Origin: a virus
Lineage: Duplodnaviria; Caudoviricetes
IMG/VR virus record: IMGVR_UViG_3300027736_000049
Location: 1-60,106 of that record
Length of the DNA stretch: 60,106 nucleotides
Strand: one strand, 5' to 3'
The position numbers and the translations under genes were made by a program. This document shows positions 26,023-35,292 of this stretch, piece by piece. The notes under the pieces are model-generated. The model was not told the DNA's origin, ran no database searches, and saw nothing but the letters and a program-made list of their open reading frames with translations. Each line of letters begins with the position of its first letter. Positions within the stretch are counted from its first letter, which is position 1.

Positions 26023-26257
26023 CTTCTTCCTCCATCGCATACAAAACGTCTTCAGCCCCATCGGCTATCTTTTCCAACTTGTCCTTCATTTTGCCCGGCA
26101 TGTAATCAATGGTTAAAATGACGTATTTTGCATATGACTCAAGCTCATCAATACGATTGCTAACTTCGACAATTGCCAAAGCCTCGTCTTTCCATCCTTC
26201 TTTTGTAAGAACTACGGCGGCTGCGTTAAGGCGCTCCGCTAGGTATTGGTTCATCAT
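26012..26257 (-). CDS. Small accessory protein
   Basis: LAERL...SNRIDELE. Confidence 0.6.
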   Translation of the reverse strand: MMNQYLAERLNAAAVVLTKEGWKDEALAIVEVSNRIDELESYAKYVILTIDYMPGKMKDKLEKIADGAEDVLYAMEEEDEP

Positions 26258-26621
26258 TTCTTTCTTCCTTTATTTTTTCAATCATTCGTTTTGCTTCGTT
26301 TGCGCCTTTGCAGATTATTACCGTGTCTCCGATTAACATCAAGTAGGAATGCCAATCTTTTTGATTTTTATCTACTACGCCACCCTGCACACGTTTCATT
26401 TCAATCCAAAGTTTCCACGCAGGTATATAAAGGTCAGGAACACCCGTGCTTACACCCTCTACCTTTAACCTCGCTGCTGTGGTGATGCTGCGGACGCCGC
26501 CGTTGGGGATAGCAAATATGCGAACACCATCAAACGTCTGACGGAACCATTTGACAAGCTCACGTTGTTCTTCATGTTCTGTTGGGATACGCTCGGTCAA
26601 AATGGTGGGTCCATTATCCAT
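26226..26621 (-). CDS. VRR-NUC nuclease
   Basis: EHEEQ, FAIPNGG, GVPDL...IEMK...Q..W. Confidence 0.85.
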   Translation of the reverse strand: MDNGPTILTERIPTEHEEQRELVKWFRQTFDGVRIFAIPNGGVRSITTAARLKVEGVSTGVPDLYIPAWKLWIEMKRVQGGVVDKNQKDWHSYLMLIGDTVIICKGANEAKRMIEKIKEERNDEPIPSGAP

Positions 26622-26806
26622 TCATCACACTGATTTGCTACCTGAGTAAACTCCTTTGGAGGTTCCATGTCAAACACGCCGCAACGTCCATCACCGCTAT
26701 AATTTATGCAATTGTAGCAGAACTGGGGAGGGCCTTTGGCAAAGAACTCTTTCATCATTTTCTCATGCGCCGATAATTCATCTGGTTTCTCTTGTCTCAT
26801 GTCCAT
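26597..26806 (-). CDS. Small Cys-rich (putative Zn-binding) protein
   Basis: CYNC...C...CDEW, ends PPF. Confidence 0.65.
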   Translation of the reverse strand: MDMRQEKPDELSAHEKMMKEFFAKGPPQFCYNCINYSGDGRCGVFDMEPPKEFTQVANQCDEWIMDPPF

Positions 26807-28389
26807 CTCCTATCTGTAACCTTGAAGAACTTGCCGTCTTTTTTGTATTTGATGGTGTGGGGTGGAGCGCCGGTATTTAATGCCTGAGACATTGCGCCTA
26901 AATCAGTTTCTGTCAAACTGATTTTAGCTTTTGATGCAGAGCTAAGATTGAAAATAGTTTGCGCCGCTTTTTGCCCCGCATATCCGTCATGCGTCACCGG
27001 AAAATATTCAACGATTGGCGGATCAGACAAACCACCATAATATGAAACAGCCAACATTTCTTTACCGCTGGCGCGGCTAATGTGCTTGCGCCACCGCCAG
27101 TCCGTCACCTGCATTTCATTGCCATCCAACCCCATGATGTCGTCGTGGTGAAGCTTCAATTTCTTCTGCGCGATGGGGAAGTGATACCCGCAGCACGGGC
27201 ATTCTTTGGTGTTCGGCGGCACCAGTTCATGGCACTCAGGACAGGATTTAACCGGCGCTTCGCCCTCCTGCCCCGGCTTGGGCTTCTTAGGCGGCTGCAC
27301 GGCGGTTATAGGCCCGTGCGAGGCTACTACGCCAGCGAAGTCTAAAACCATGCAATGGTCCGTGTGTGATTTCACCCGCATCCCCCGACCGGCCATCTGT
27401 ACGTACAGCCCCGCGCTCATGGTGGGGCGCAGCATGGCGATCAGATCAATGTCGGGGTAGTCAAACCCCGTCGTTAGCACATTGGCGTTGGTGAGCGCCC
27501 GCAGCCGCCCTGCCTTGAAATCCTCCAAGATCTTCTCGCGCTCTTTCTTTGGCGTCTTGCCAGTCACGCAGGCCGCAGGAATGTCATTCTCCAACAAAAT
27601 TTTTGCAACGTTATGTGCATGATCAACACCAGTGCAGAAAAATAGCCATGCCTTGCGGTCGCCAGCCCTCTCAATGACCTCTTTCACTACTGCCCTGTTT
27701 TTTGGCTCAAGATTTACCGCCGCCTGCAATTCGCTCTCAATGAACTCGCCGCCGCGCTTTTTCACGCCGGAAACATCCAGCCTCTCTTCCGTATGCTTGC
27801 TGCGCAGGGTAGACAGAAAACCCTTGTAAATCAGCGCCTCAATGCTGACCGGGGTCAACAACGCATCAAACATGGCGGGCTTGTCGGTGATGTAGCCATG
27901 GCCCAGCCTGAAAGGCGTGGCGGTAAGGCCGATCACACGCAGCGCCGGATTGATCATGGTCAGTTCATAAAGGAACGTGCGATAGTCGCCGGTCTCCTTG
28001 TGATTGACCAAATGGCACTCATCAATGATCACCAAATCAATGTGCCCAACATCTGCCGCCTTTTTCCCAATCGACTGAATGCCAGCAAACGTAATGGGTT
28101 CGCCAAGATGCTTCTTACCAATGCTCGCCGAATAGATCCCCAATGGGGCATTGGGCCAGTGCTGGCGCAGTTTCTCAGCGTTCTGCTCAATCAGCTCCTT
28201 TACATGCGTTAGCATGAGGATCTGCGTCTCAGGCCACGATTGCAGCGCGTCCTTACACAGCGCCGCAACGATGTGGCTCTTGCCCGATCCGGTGGGCATG
28301 ACAATGCAAGGGTTCCCCGAATTGCCCGCCGAGAACCAAGCGTAAAGATCGTTTATGGTGTCTTGCTGATATTCACGGAGTTGAGTCAT
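26797..28389 (-). CDS. Superfamily 2 DNA helicase (RadD/YejH-like) with Zn finger
   Basis: LREYQ, PTGSGKS, DECH, TATP, LTTGFD, QMAGRGMR and CPEC...CPCC. Confidence 0.93.
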   Translation of the reverse strand: MTQLREYQQDTINDLYAWFSAGNSGNPCIVMPTGSGKSHIVAALCKDALQSWPETQILMLTHVKELIEQNAEKLRQHWPNAPLGIYSASIGKKHLGEPITFAGIQSIGKKAADVGHIDLVIIDECHLVNHKETGDYRTFLYELTMINPALRVIGLTATPFRLGHGYITDKPAMFDALLTPVSIEALIYKGFLSTLRSKHTEERLDVSGVKKRGGEFIESELQAAVNLEPKNRAVVKEVIERAGDRKAWLFFCTGVDHAHNVAKILLENDIPAACVTGKTPKKEREKILEDFKAGRLRALTNANVLTTGFDYPDIDLIAMLRPTMSAGLYVQMAGRGMRVKSHTDHCMVLDFAGVVASHGPITAVQPPKKPKPGQEGEAPVKSCPECHELVPPNTKECPCCGYHFPIAQKKLKLHHDDIMGLDGNEMQVTDWRWRKHISRASGKEMLAVSYYGGLSDPPIVEYFPVTHDGYAGQKAAQTIFNLSSASKAKISLTETDLGAMSQALNTGAPPHTIKYKKDGKFFKVTDRRWT

Positions 28390-29395
28390 ATTTCACCACC
28401 TTGGCACCGGGCCATATCTGTTTCATTTTTTCCACCATTGGGTTGGCGCAGCCCGAGACGTTGTTGATCAACTCTTGGCTGCTAACCTCGCCTTCGCCGT
28501 TCCTGACCTTGCGCCCATCAACTTCATAGACGGCTATCCAGTCGGTTCCGTCAAACATGTGCCACGGCACAAGATCGGGGTGAAGCGTATGCGATGAGCA
28601 TCCATCATACTGATACTCCAATGCAATTTCATTCTCCCAACGTTCACACCGCCAAGTGCTGTCGTCCTTGGGGGTGCTGTGGGCACACGTCCTGCAATTG
28701 ACGTGCTGGGTTAACTTCGTCTCGTGACAGAAAGAATGCGCATCGCAGAATTTACACTGAAACCATGTCGGGTCAGTCGATATAGGTGGAGGCATACGCT
28801 CAGACAATGCCACACGTTTGCCACGCGCGACCAGCTTTTTCGCCATCTCTTTGTTATACCGAACCCGCTCGGTGTAGATGCGGTCATTATCTTTGCAAAC
28901 CGCCACATATAACGCACGGTCAATGCCGGTCCCGTGCATGTAGACCTGCATCTGAGCGAAATGTTCAGGCTTTGATTTCTCGACACCTTTGGCCTCCACG
29001 TCGTTAAACGATTTCAATGAGTGCGTCTTGAACTCGCCAATGTGGCGCTTGTTCGGGGCCTCCGGCACACCCCCCTCGATAACCGCGTCAATGCTCCCAG
29101 ACACATGCGCGCCAAAATCAACGCCATCCTGTGTGTCAACCGGCTTCACTATGATGCCAATGGAGCGAAGGTCCGCGAGGATGTTTGCCTCTTCCTGATG
29201 GCCGCGCCGAAACAAGCGCAAAATCCGCCCCGGAAACTTGGGCTGCACCGCCCAGCGGAACGAAAGCCACAGGCGGCGCTCACATGGGTGCCCAAGCATC
29301 GACGCCCCCATGTGAGGGCGAGGCTTGCTGGTTCGGTTCTCGTGTGCCTTGTTGATCAGGCTTTCAATGGTGTTTTCACGGTTTGGGATTTTCAT
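28373..29395 (-). CDS. PD-(D/E)xK / Cas4-like exonuclease
   Basis: GASMLGHPCER, GSID, EFKT, QMQVYM, CKFC, CRTC. Confidence 0.85.
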   Translation of the reverse strand: MKIPNRENTIESLINKAHENRTSKPRPHMGASMLGHPCERRLWLSFRWAVQPKFPGRILRLFRRGHQEEANILADLRSIGIIVKPVDTQDGVDFGAHVSGSIDAVIEGGVPEAPNKRHIGEFKTHSLKSFNDVEAKGVEKSKPEHFAQMQVYMHGTGIDRALYVAVCKDNDRIYTERVRYNKEMAKKLVARGKRVALSERMPPPISTDPTWFQCKFCDAHSFCHETKLTQHVNCRTCAHSTPKDDSTWRCERWENEIALEYQYDGCSSHTLHPDLVPWHMFDGTDWIAVYEVDGRKVRNGEGEVSSQELINNVSGCANPMVEKMKQIWPGAKVVKYDSTP

Positions 29396-29399
29396 GTGT

Positions 29400-29891
29400 T
29401 TACTTTCCTCTTGCTGATCCACCTGAAAAAAATACGTGCTCTTTGTAAATTGCTTGTTTTTCTATTGCCGGTTTTTTTGGCTCAAATTCAACTCTGCTGG
29501 CTTGCATATCTATGCTAACAATGTTTAAATTTTCAATTGGCTTTGCAACGCCAATTCTTTCTTTTATATATTCTGACAACATCAGCCACGCTTGCATTTC
29601 AGTTCTTGCTTTGATCTCAACATTGACCGATAAATTAAAAATTGCTTTTTTATCAGGTTCAACGCGAGTTTCATTTGATTTTTGTTCTTTCTTTATAATT
29701 TCCCTTCTATTTAATTGATAGAAATTTCCTTTCACACGATGTGTTTCAAACATTGTTTTTGATATTGGTAGGAGTAAATTATGTGATAAAATTTCTGTGG
29801 CATGATCTTGATTAGAAGCGCAAACAATCACTTCGCCATGATCTATTATGTTAGTTTGATGGGCGTTGAAGATAACTTTGTACATTTGCAT
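29400..29891 (-). CDS. AT-rich hypothetical protein (probable recent insertion)
   Basis: GGAGG RBS at ATG 29891; visibly lower GC than flanking genes. Confidence 0.6.
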   Translation of the reverse strand: MQMYKVIFNAHQTNIIDHGEVIVCASNQDHATEILSHNLLLPISKTMFETHRVKGNFYQLNRREIIKKEQKSNETRVEPDKKAIFNLSVNVEIKARTEMQAWLMLSEYIKERIGVAKPIENLNIVSIDMQASRVEFEPKKPAIEKQAIYKEHVFFSGGSARGK

Positions 29892-29911
29892 TTTAACCTC
29901 CTTCATGAATT

Positions 29912-29935
29912 GCCCCGGCCATTTCTGACCGGGGC
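29912..29935 (-). terminator. GC hairpin after SSB-like gene
   Basis: GCCCCGG...CCGGGGC inverted repeat; U-tract is weak. Confidence 0.4.
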
Positions 29936-29943
29936 GGCTGATG

Positions 29944-30423
29944 TTACTTCTTTGCCCACGGAGGAGCTGCCTTCGCAGGCGCGGAAGCAGGGGTAGCAAC
30001 CATAACGCGCGGAGGTGCGCCGCCTTCTACGGCTTTAAAAGCCCGCACTTGGTTTTTGTCGCCATATTGTTCGGATTTCTCAATGTCCAACTTAATCTGA
30101 AGACTATGACCAATAAGCTGGTCAGTGTCTGACACCCTTGGAATGCCAGTAGCCTTCATAATCTCACCCAACTGCTGATGCCCGATCTCCTCCGCCTTTG
30201 GCGACTGGTTCTTAATATTCAAATTGCCAAAAACCACACGCCCTTGATGGGTCGGGCCAGTGATCGTGTATTTGATGGCTATGTATTCACCCGTGCCTGT
30301 TTTGGTGGACTTAATCTCCGCCGATGACATGGTGGCCGTGTACCAACCCGGAGGAAGTGGGTCGAACGAGGTCTTGCCCTGCGGGAGAAACTCAACGTCA
30401 AAAGTTTGACCAAGATTTGCCAT
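29944..30423 (-). CDS. DUF669-like ssDNA-binding protein
   Basis: FDPLPPGWY, GPTHQGRVVFGNLNI; ends PPWAKK. Confidence 0.75.
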   Translation of the reverse strand: MANLGQTFDVEFLPQGKTSFDPLPPGWYTATMSSAEIKSTKTGTGEYIAIKYTITGPTHQGRVVFGNLNIKNQSPKAEEIGHQQLGEIMKATGIPRVSDTDQLIGHSLQIKLDIEKSEQYGDKNQVRAFKAVEGGAPPRVMVATPASAPAKAAPPWAKK

Positions 30424-30424
30424 G

Positions 30425-30835
30425 TTACTTTGCCTTCATGTTTGAGATAGGGGCCTCGCGCGTGATTGCGAAAGATGGACGCCCCGGAGTTGAAGTGATA
30501 GCGGGGGAAAAAATGTTCTTCACATTATCGCCCACGCCTTTCCATGCAGCCATGCTCAATTCTGGTTTCCAGCGAAACAACATGCTGAGAAAGTCCCGCA
30601 TGTCGTGTTCAGCCGCAATTTCTTGGGCCAATTCACCGTTTACCTTCCGGTTAATCCGGCAGGTAATTTTGAAAGTGAAAGGGTTCGCTTCAAATTCACG
30701 AGAATGTTCATCGGTTTCTTGGATCTCCAACAACCGAACAACCTCGTCTTCAATCAAGCGCCGCTTTTCAACAGCCTCTTGTTCAGCGTTCTTCGCCTCA
30801 AGCCATTCCTCTGCGAGCTTCTGAAGCGGCTTCAT
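30425..30835 (-). CDS. Hypothetical protein of recombination module
   Basis: N-terminal coiled coil, FRWKPEL, ITSTPGRPSF; ATGA-coupled. Confidence 0.7.
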   Translation of the reverse strand: MKPLQKLAEEWLEAKNAEQEAVEKRRLIEDEVVRLLEIQETDEHSREFEANPFTFKITCRINRKVNGELAQEIAAEHDMRDFLSMLFRWKPELSMAAWKGVGDNVKNIFSPAITSTPGRPSFAITREAPISNMKAK

Positions 30836-31506
30836 GCGGCACCCGCAATCTTAGCGATGATCTCGCCAAGGTCAGGCGCTTCCCACGCGCCCAGCTTGCC
30901 AGAGCGGTCCTTGGCCAGCCAAAGCCCATCGCTGTCACACATGATGGCGCGCTGGGTATTGCCGTCTGCGTCCTTCTCCACCCGAAGCGCCAACACCTCG
31001 TCAAAGAAGTACGGCAGGCTTTGGCCAGTCTTGTTGCCGGGCATAGACGGGGCATACAAAATGCGCCCCATCTCGTCGGTAGACTTTTCCAGCTTAGCGC
31101 TCATGTAGACATGCCGTCCGGGCAAATCGCGAAAAGCACGAATGATGTCAGCCATTTGCTCTTGCATAGCGCCGTAGGCCTGCCGAGGGTCTTTCGCAAT
31201 CTTCTTTTCGTGGTTCAGCACAACCTCAGCAATCTCGCTGATGCTGTCCAGCGCCACGCTCTTGAACCTCATGCCTTCTGCCGAGGACATCCATTCAAAA
31301 GCTTCCTTCAAATCATCCATGCTGGTGATTTCAATGAAGGGAAGTTTTGCGTCCTGAATGGAAAGCAACCCGCCTTCCGCGCTCAGGACAATAGGGTCTG
31401 GCAAGCCGGGGATGAGAGATGTTTTCCCAGCGCCCGCCTGCCCATAGACAAGCATCTTGACGCCATTGGCGGACAAGCTGCCCGTATTCTTTACTGATAT
31501 GGCCAA
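30832..31506 (-). CDS. Sak4-like AAA ATPase / ssDNA-annealing protein
   Basis: LVYGQAGAGKT, AEGGL, LDSISE, AKDR; TTG start after AAGGAGG. Confidence 0.85.
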   Translation of the reverse strand: MAISVKNTGSLSANGVKMLVYGQAGAGKTSLIPGLPDPIVLSAEGGLLSIQDAKLPFIEITSMDDLKEAFEWMSSAEGMRFKSVALDSISEIAEVVLNHEKKIAKDPRQAYGAMQEQMADIIRAFRDLPGRHVYMSAKLEKSTDEMGRILYAPSMPGNKTGQSLPYFFDEVLALRVEKDADGNTQRAIMCDSDGLWLAKDRSGKLGAWEAPDLGEIIAKIAGAA

Positions 31507-31623
31507 CGCGGCCTCCTTCGTTTTGATCGGTCGGACCATTCCGTTCGATCAACACTTGCAATATGGGTGATTTGCTGGCAGTTTGCAACAGCCAAATGTT
31601 AAAAACCCACATGGGATTGCAAA
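31507..31623. promoter_or_regulatory. Divergent promoter region
   Basis: Intergenic gap between divergent arms; three TTGCAA copies. Confidence 0.45.
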
Positions 31624-31806
31624 ATGCTAACAATCGAACAGATAAGGCTTGCCCTGCGAGACCGGAGGATTAGCATGGTCTCCGCCGCGACTGGCTTGCA
31701 TTACAACACCATCAGAGCCTTGCGGGATAATGAAAGCGCCAATCCAAGCTATAAAGTTTTGAAGGCTTTGAGTGACTATTTTGAGGGGGCAAAGCAACAT
31801 GGCTGA
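31624..31806 (+). CDS. Cro/XRE-like HTH protein
   Basis: VSAATGLHYNTI...NPSYKVLKALSDYF. Confidence 0.8.
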   Translation: MLTIEQIRLALRDRRISMVSAATGLHYNTIRALRDNESANPSYKVLKALSDYFEGAKQHG

Positions 31807-33814
31807 TTTGACGGACATTTTAGGTGGCCCGTGGTCCCCGCCAACCGCTGTTAATCTTGGAACCCCAGAGGAACAGTTATCCACAGCTATGTCTGGGTGC
31901 GGCATTTTGCCACCCAAAGAGATCCTGCTAGATGGGAAAGTTCACCGCTTTAACTCAGGCACCAAAGGCTCAGGTGGGCACGGCGACAAGGCTGGCTGGT
32001 ATGTGGCTTTCTCGGACGGCATTCCAGCCGGACGCTTTGGTTGCTGGCGCGCAGGCATCGAATCCACATGGCGAGCCGACATAGGCCGCAAGTTCACCCA
32101 TACCGAAGAAATGGCCCACGTCCGCCGTATGGGCGAGGCCAAAGCCCTCAGAGACGCCGAGAACGCCAGAAAACAGGAAGTCGCCGCCAACACCGTCGAA
32201 GCCATCTGGGTCGACTGCGGTTTTGCTAACGAAGACCATCCTTATCTAAAAACCAAGGGCATCAAGACCCATGGCGCCCGCGTCACAGGTGACGGGCGCC
32301 TAGTCGTCCCCCTGTTCGATCAGGCCGGGAATCTCTCCAGCCTCCAATACATCGCCGTAGATGGCGGCAAGCTCTACCACTCCGGCGCACAGACGGGCTC
32401 TCGCTTCTGGCAAATCGGCACCCTAGACGAGCCCGGCACCCTCTACGTCGCCGAGGGCTTCGCAACCGCCGCGACCATCCACGAAGCCACAAACCGCCCC
32501 TGCATTGTAGCCTACTCCGCCTCCAACCTCGTCCCCGTCACCGGCATCCTGCGCGAGATCCACGGGGCCACGCAGGACATCGTGATCGTGGCCGACAATG
32601 ACGCCTCCGGCGTTGGCCAGCGATACGCTGAGCAGGCGTCGGCCAAGTTCGGGGCTCGCATGGTTATGCCGCCAGAGCCGGGCGATGCCAATGACTACGT
32701 TCAAGCTGGGCACGATCTGGCGGCGCTCTTGTTCCCGCCAAAAGACAATTGGCTAATTCCCGCCGATGACTTCTGCGCCCAGCCCGCGCCTATCTCATGG
32801 CTTGTCAAGCATTGGCTGCAAGACAAAGCCCTGATCATGGTCCACGGCCCTTCCGGCGGCGGCAAAACCTTCGTAGTGCTGGATTGGTGCCTACGCATGG
32901 CGGCGGGCGTTTCAGAATGGGCAGGCCACCGCGTTAGAACGGGAACGGTTGTCTACCTTGCGGGCGAGGGGCATCACGGCCTGCGGGGGCGCGTAGCCGC
33001 TTGGAAAGTCCACCAGAACGCCGGGCCGCTATCCATGTGGCTCTCCCGCGACGGATGCGATCTCAATACACCGGCTGGCTACATGCGGGTGGTGGATAAC
33101 ATCCGCGCCCTCCCAAATCGGCCCAGCATTATCGTGGTGGATACCTTGCACCGCTTCCTGCTCGGTGACGAAAACTCCGCCCAAGACGCGAAGACCATGC
33201 TCGACGCCTGCGGGGCGCTGATGGCGGAGTTTGAGTGTTCGGTCTTGCTTGTCCACCATACTGGCGTCAGCGAAGAGGCCCAGCATAGGGCGCGTGGCTC
33301 ATCGGCATGGCGGGGGGCTCTGGACATCGAGATCAGTATCGTCCCCGGCAAGGACGACCAACCCATGTCGATCATCCAGCGCAAGTCCAAGGACAGCGAG
33401 CTGGCAGACCCGGTTTATGCCGAGCTTACGTCTGTGACGATACCCGGTTGGTTTGACGAGGACGAGCAGCCAGTCACGAGCGCGGTCGTGAGCCTCGTGG
33501 AGGCCCCCGTGGTGGCTAAGAAGGAGAGTAAAGTTGAGGGGCTGCGTAAGCAATTTGTAGCCGCTTGGTATGACTCAAAGGCTGAGGAACGCGAGGGGTT
33601 GCCTTATGTGAGCCGGTCAGCTTTGAAGCACTTTCTGGTGGCCAATTTGAATTGTAGCGAGGCGACAGCGGACAAGAAGCTGAAGCCGGGGTCAGCGGAC
33701 CAGCTTATTGGTGCGCTCTTAATTGCAGAAATTATCAGCCCATTTGAGAATGGGTGGATCGTTAGTAATGAAGTTTGCGCATCTGCCATGTTGATGGACA
33801 AGAATAAAAGGTAA
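31799..33814 (+). CDS. Primase-helicase (Toprim plus RepA/AAA_25 helicase)
   Basis: HPYL, AEGFAT, ADND, DAND; GPSGGGKT, VVDTL, HHTG, RGSSA. Confidence 0.92.
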   Translation: MADLTDILGGPWSPPTAVNLGTPEEQLSTAMSGCGILPPKEILLDGKVHRFNSGTKGSGGHGDKAGWYVAFSDGIPAGRFGCWRAGIESTWRADIGRKFTHTEEMAHVRRMGEAKALRDAENARKQEVAANTVEAIWVDCGFANEDHPYLKTKGIKTHGARVTGDGRLVVPLFDQAGNLSSLQYIAVDGGKLYHSGAQTGSRFWQIGTLDEPGTLYVAEGFATAATIHEATNRPCIVAYSASNLVPVTGILREIHGATQDIVIVADNDASGVGQRYAEQASAKFGARMVMPPEPGDANDYVQAGHDLAALLFPPKDNWLIPADDFCAQPAPISWLVKHWLQDKALIMVHGPSGGGKTFVVLDWCLRMAAGVSEWAGHRVRTGTVVYLAGEGHHGLRGRVAAWKVHQNAGPLSMWLSRDGCDLNTPAGYMRVVDNIRALPNRPSIIVVDTLHRFLLGDENSAQDAKTMLDACGALMAEFECSVLLVHHTGVSEEAQHRARGSSAWRGALDIEISIVPGKDDQPMSIIQRKSKDSELADPVYAELTSVTIPGWFDEDEQPVTSAVVSLVEAPVVAKKESKVEGLRKQFVAAWYDSKAEEREGLPYVSRSALKHFLVANLNCSEATADKKLKPGSADQLIGALLIAEIISPFENGWIVSNEVCASAMLMDKNKR

Positions 33815-33821
33815 TTGCCAT

Positions 33822-34005
33822 GCTCAACCGTACCGTACCGTACTTTTGGCGTACTAGTACGTTTTGGTACGTTTTTGGCTTATTGCTTAGCTCAACCGTA
33901 CCGGCGTACCGTACCGTACTTTTGCGTACTGGTACGTTTAGGGGCAAAACGCCCGAAAACGTACCGTACCGTACTCCCCCCCTTTAGGGGGGGTACGGCG
34001 GTACG
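33822..34005. repeat. GTAC-rich repeat region with hairpin, putative replication origin
   Basis: About 17 GTAC copies; imperfect ~45-nt direct repeat; C-run/TTTA/G-run hairpin. Confidence 0.7.
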
Positions 34006-34030
34006 GTCGGTGCGGCGGATAGTCCGGACG

Positions 34031-34055
34031 AAAAAACCAGCCCGGAGGCTGGTTT
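34031..34055 (-). terminator. Intrinsic terminator between convergent units
   Basis: AAACCAGCC-CGGA-GGCTGGTTT; T6 tract on the - strand. Confidence 0.7.
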
Positions 34056-34063
34056 GAAGTTGG

Positions 34064-34264
34064 TCACTTGTTCAACTGCTGGGCCAGCCAGTCAATGTCG
34101 ATCTTGCCCGCCTCTAGGGCCGCCAGCAGGATCAGGACGGCCCGTGGTGGCTCCCAGCCACCCGCCCGCCATGTCTCCACCGTGCGGACCCCGCACCCCG
34201 TCAGGAGGGCTAGGTCCGCCACAGTGAGGCCGAGCCGGATCATCTGGGCCTTGATGGGGGTCAT
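34064..34264 (-). CDS. XRE-like HTH protein
   Basis: LGLTVADLALLTGCGVRTVETWRAG..EPP; ATGA-coupled to the methyltransferase. Confidence 0.75.
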   Translation of the reverse strand: MTPIKAQMIRLGLTVADLALLTGCGVRTVETWRAGGWEPPRAVLILLAALEAGKIDIDWLAQQLNK

Positions 34265-35292
34265 GGCTGGGTCTCCATAAATGCTTTGATCACTTCTGCC
34301 GCGACTTGCGGGACGATGGCGTTGCCGTAGGCGCGCAGGCGTCCCACGCGGTTGGATACCCCATGAGCCAGCAGACAAATGCTGGGTTCAACGCGCCGGG
34401 CCTTGCCGTCGGCTCCGGTGAGCCAGATGTGGTCGTCCCAGAATGAACCAGCGCACCCAGATCCGTTATCGCTCCGTCCGGTTTTCGCCCCTTCCTTTTC
34501 AGGAAGCTCTCCCCGTCTCCCCCGCATGGCTGAGACGTTGGCGTTGGCCATGTGGACAGGTTGTGCATTACCGTGCTGGGAAGGTCGTCCAGACGGCCCT
34601 TGCGAGCCATCTCCTTCACGCATCCCTCCGGCGTTCGAGATCCTTTGTCCCCGTCCACTGAGCGTGGTGTCGGCCATGTGGTCCGCGCCAGCTCCGGCAG
34701 TGTCCACCCGGCCCTGTGAGCCGCCTCCGGCGTTCTGTTGCCCGTCCTGCCGTTCCCGTTCTTCTCGTCCGATGACCGAGGCGTTGGCCACGTCGAGTGC
34801 GACCCAGTAGAGGCGCTGGCGAATGTGCGGGGCGTTGACCGCGAGAGCCGGAATATCTGCCGCCCGGCTGGAGTAGCCAGTTCCTTCCAGATTAGATTGA
34901 ACTCCATCGAACCATCCGTACCCAGCCTTTCCCGCAACTTGCTCCCCCATGACGACAGGGGGCCTGACGGCGGCGATGAGGCGATGGAAGTGGGGCCACA
35001 GGTGCCTCGGATCGTCTGTACCGGCTCCTTTGCCCGCGACGGAGAACGGCTGGCACGGACAGCTCCCCGTCCAGATTGGCCGGTCGTCTGGCCATCCGGC
35101 GAGTCGGAGGGCGTGTCCCCATCCGCCGATCCCGGCGAAAAAGTGGCACTGGGTGAAGCCTCTGAGGTCATCAGGTGCCACATCGACAATTGACCGGGTA
35201 TCGACTTCGCCATCGGGTATCAATCCTGCTTTGATCAAGTTGCGTAGCCATTGGGCTGCGTAGGGTTCGATCTCGTTGTAGTAGGAGGTCAT
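34261..35292 (-). CDS. C5-cytosine DNA methyltransferase, large (alpha) chain
   Basis: FFAGIGG, GSCPCQPFS, GEQV, PHIRQRLY and RLRAYGNAIVPQVA motifs. Confidence 0.92.
   Translation of the reverse strand: MTSYYNEIEPYAAQWLRNLIKAGLIPDGEVDTRSIVDVAPDDLRGFTQCHFFAGIGGWGHALRLAGWPDDRPIWTGSCPCQPFSVAGKGAGTDDPRHLWPHFHRLIAAVRPPVVMGEQVAGKAGYGWFDGVQSNLEGTGYSSRAADIPALAVNAPHIRQRLYWVALDVANASVIGREERERQDGQQNAGGGSQGRVDTAGAGADHMADTTLSGRGQRISNAGGMREGDGSQGPSGRPSQHGNAQPVHMANANVSAMRGRRGELPEKEGAKTGRSDNGSGCAGSFWDDHIWLTGADGKARRVEPSICLLAHGVSNRVGRLRAYGNAIVPQVAAEVIKAFMETQP
34290..34907 (-). CDS. Nested alternate-frame methyltransferase small (beta) chain; start uncertain, frame open to 35213
   Basis: Three TWPTP repeats and LNPAFVCWLMGYPTAW (motif IX-like), which the main frame lacks. 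Confidence 0.65.
   Translation of the reverse strand: MEFNLIWKELATPAGRQIFRLSRSTPRTFASASTGSHSTWPTPRSSDEKNGNGRTGNRTPEAAHRAGWTLPELARTTWPTPRSVDGDKGSRTPEGCVKEMARKGRLDDLPSTVMHNLSTWPTPTSQPCGGDGESFLKRKGRKPDGAITDLGALVHSGTTTSGSPEPTARPGALNPAFVCWLMGYPTAWDACAPTATPSSRKSRQK

Noticed and set aside
33822-34005. Possible CRISPR array
   Set aside because: Pentamer repeats without unique 30-40 nt spacers. The Cas4-like gene sits in a standard phage recombination module and no other cas genes were seen.
33815-34057. 80-aa ORF over the GTAC repeats
   Set aside because: Translation only reflects the DNA repeat (TVPY); no RBS.
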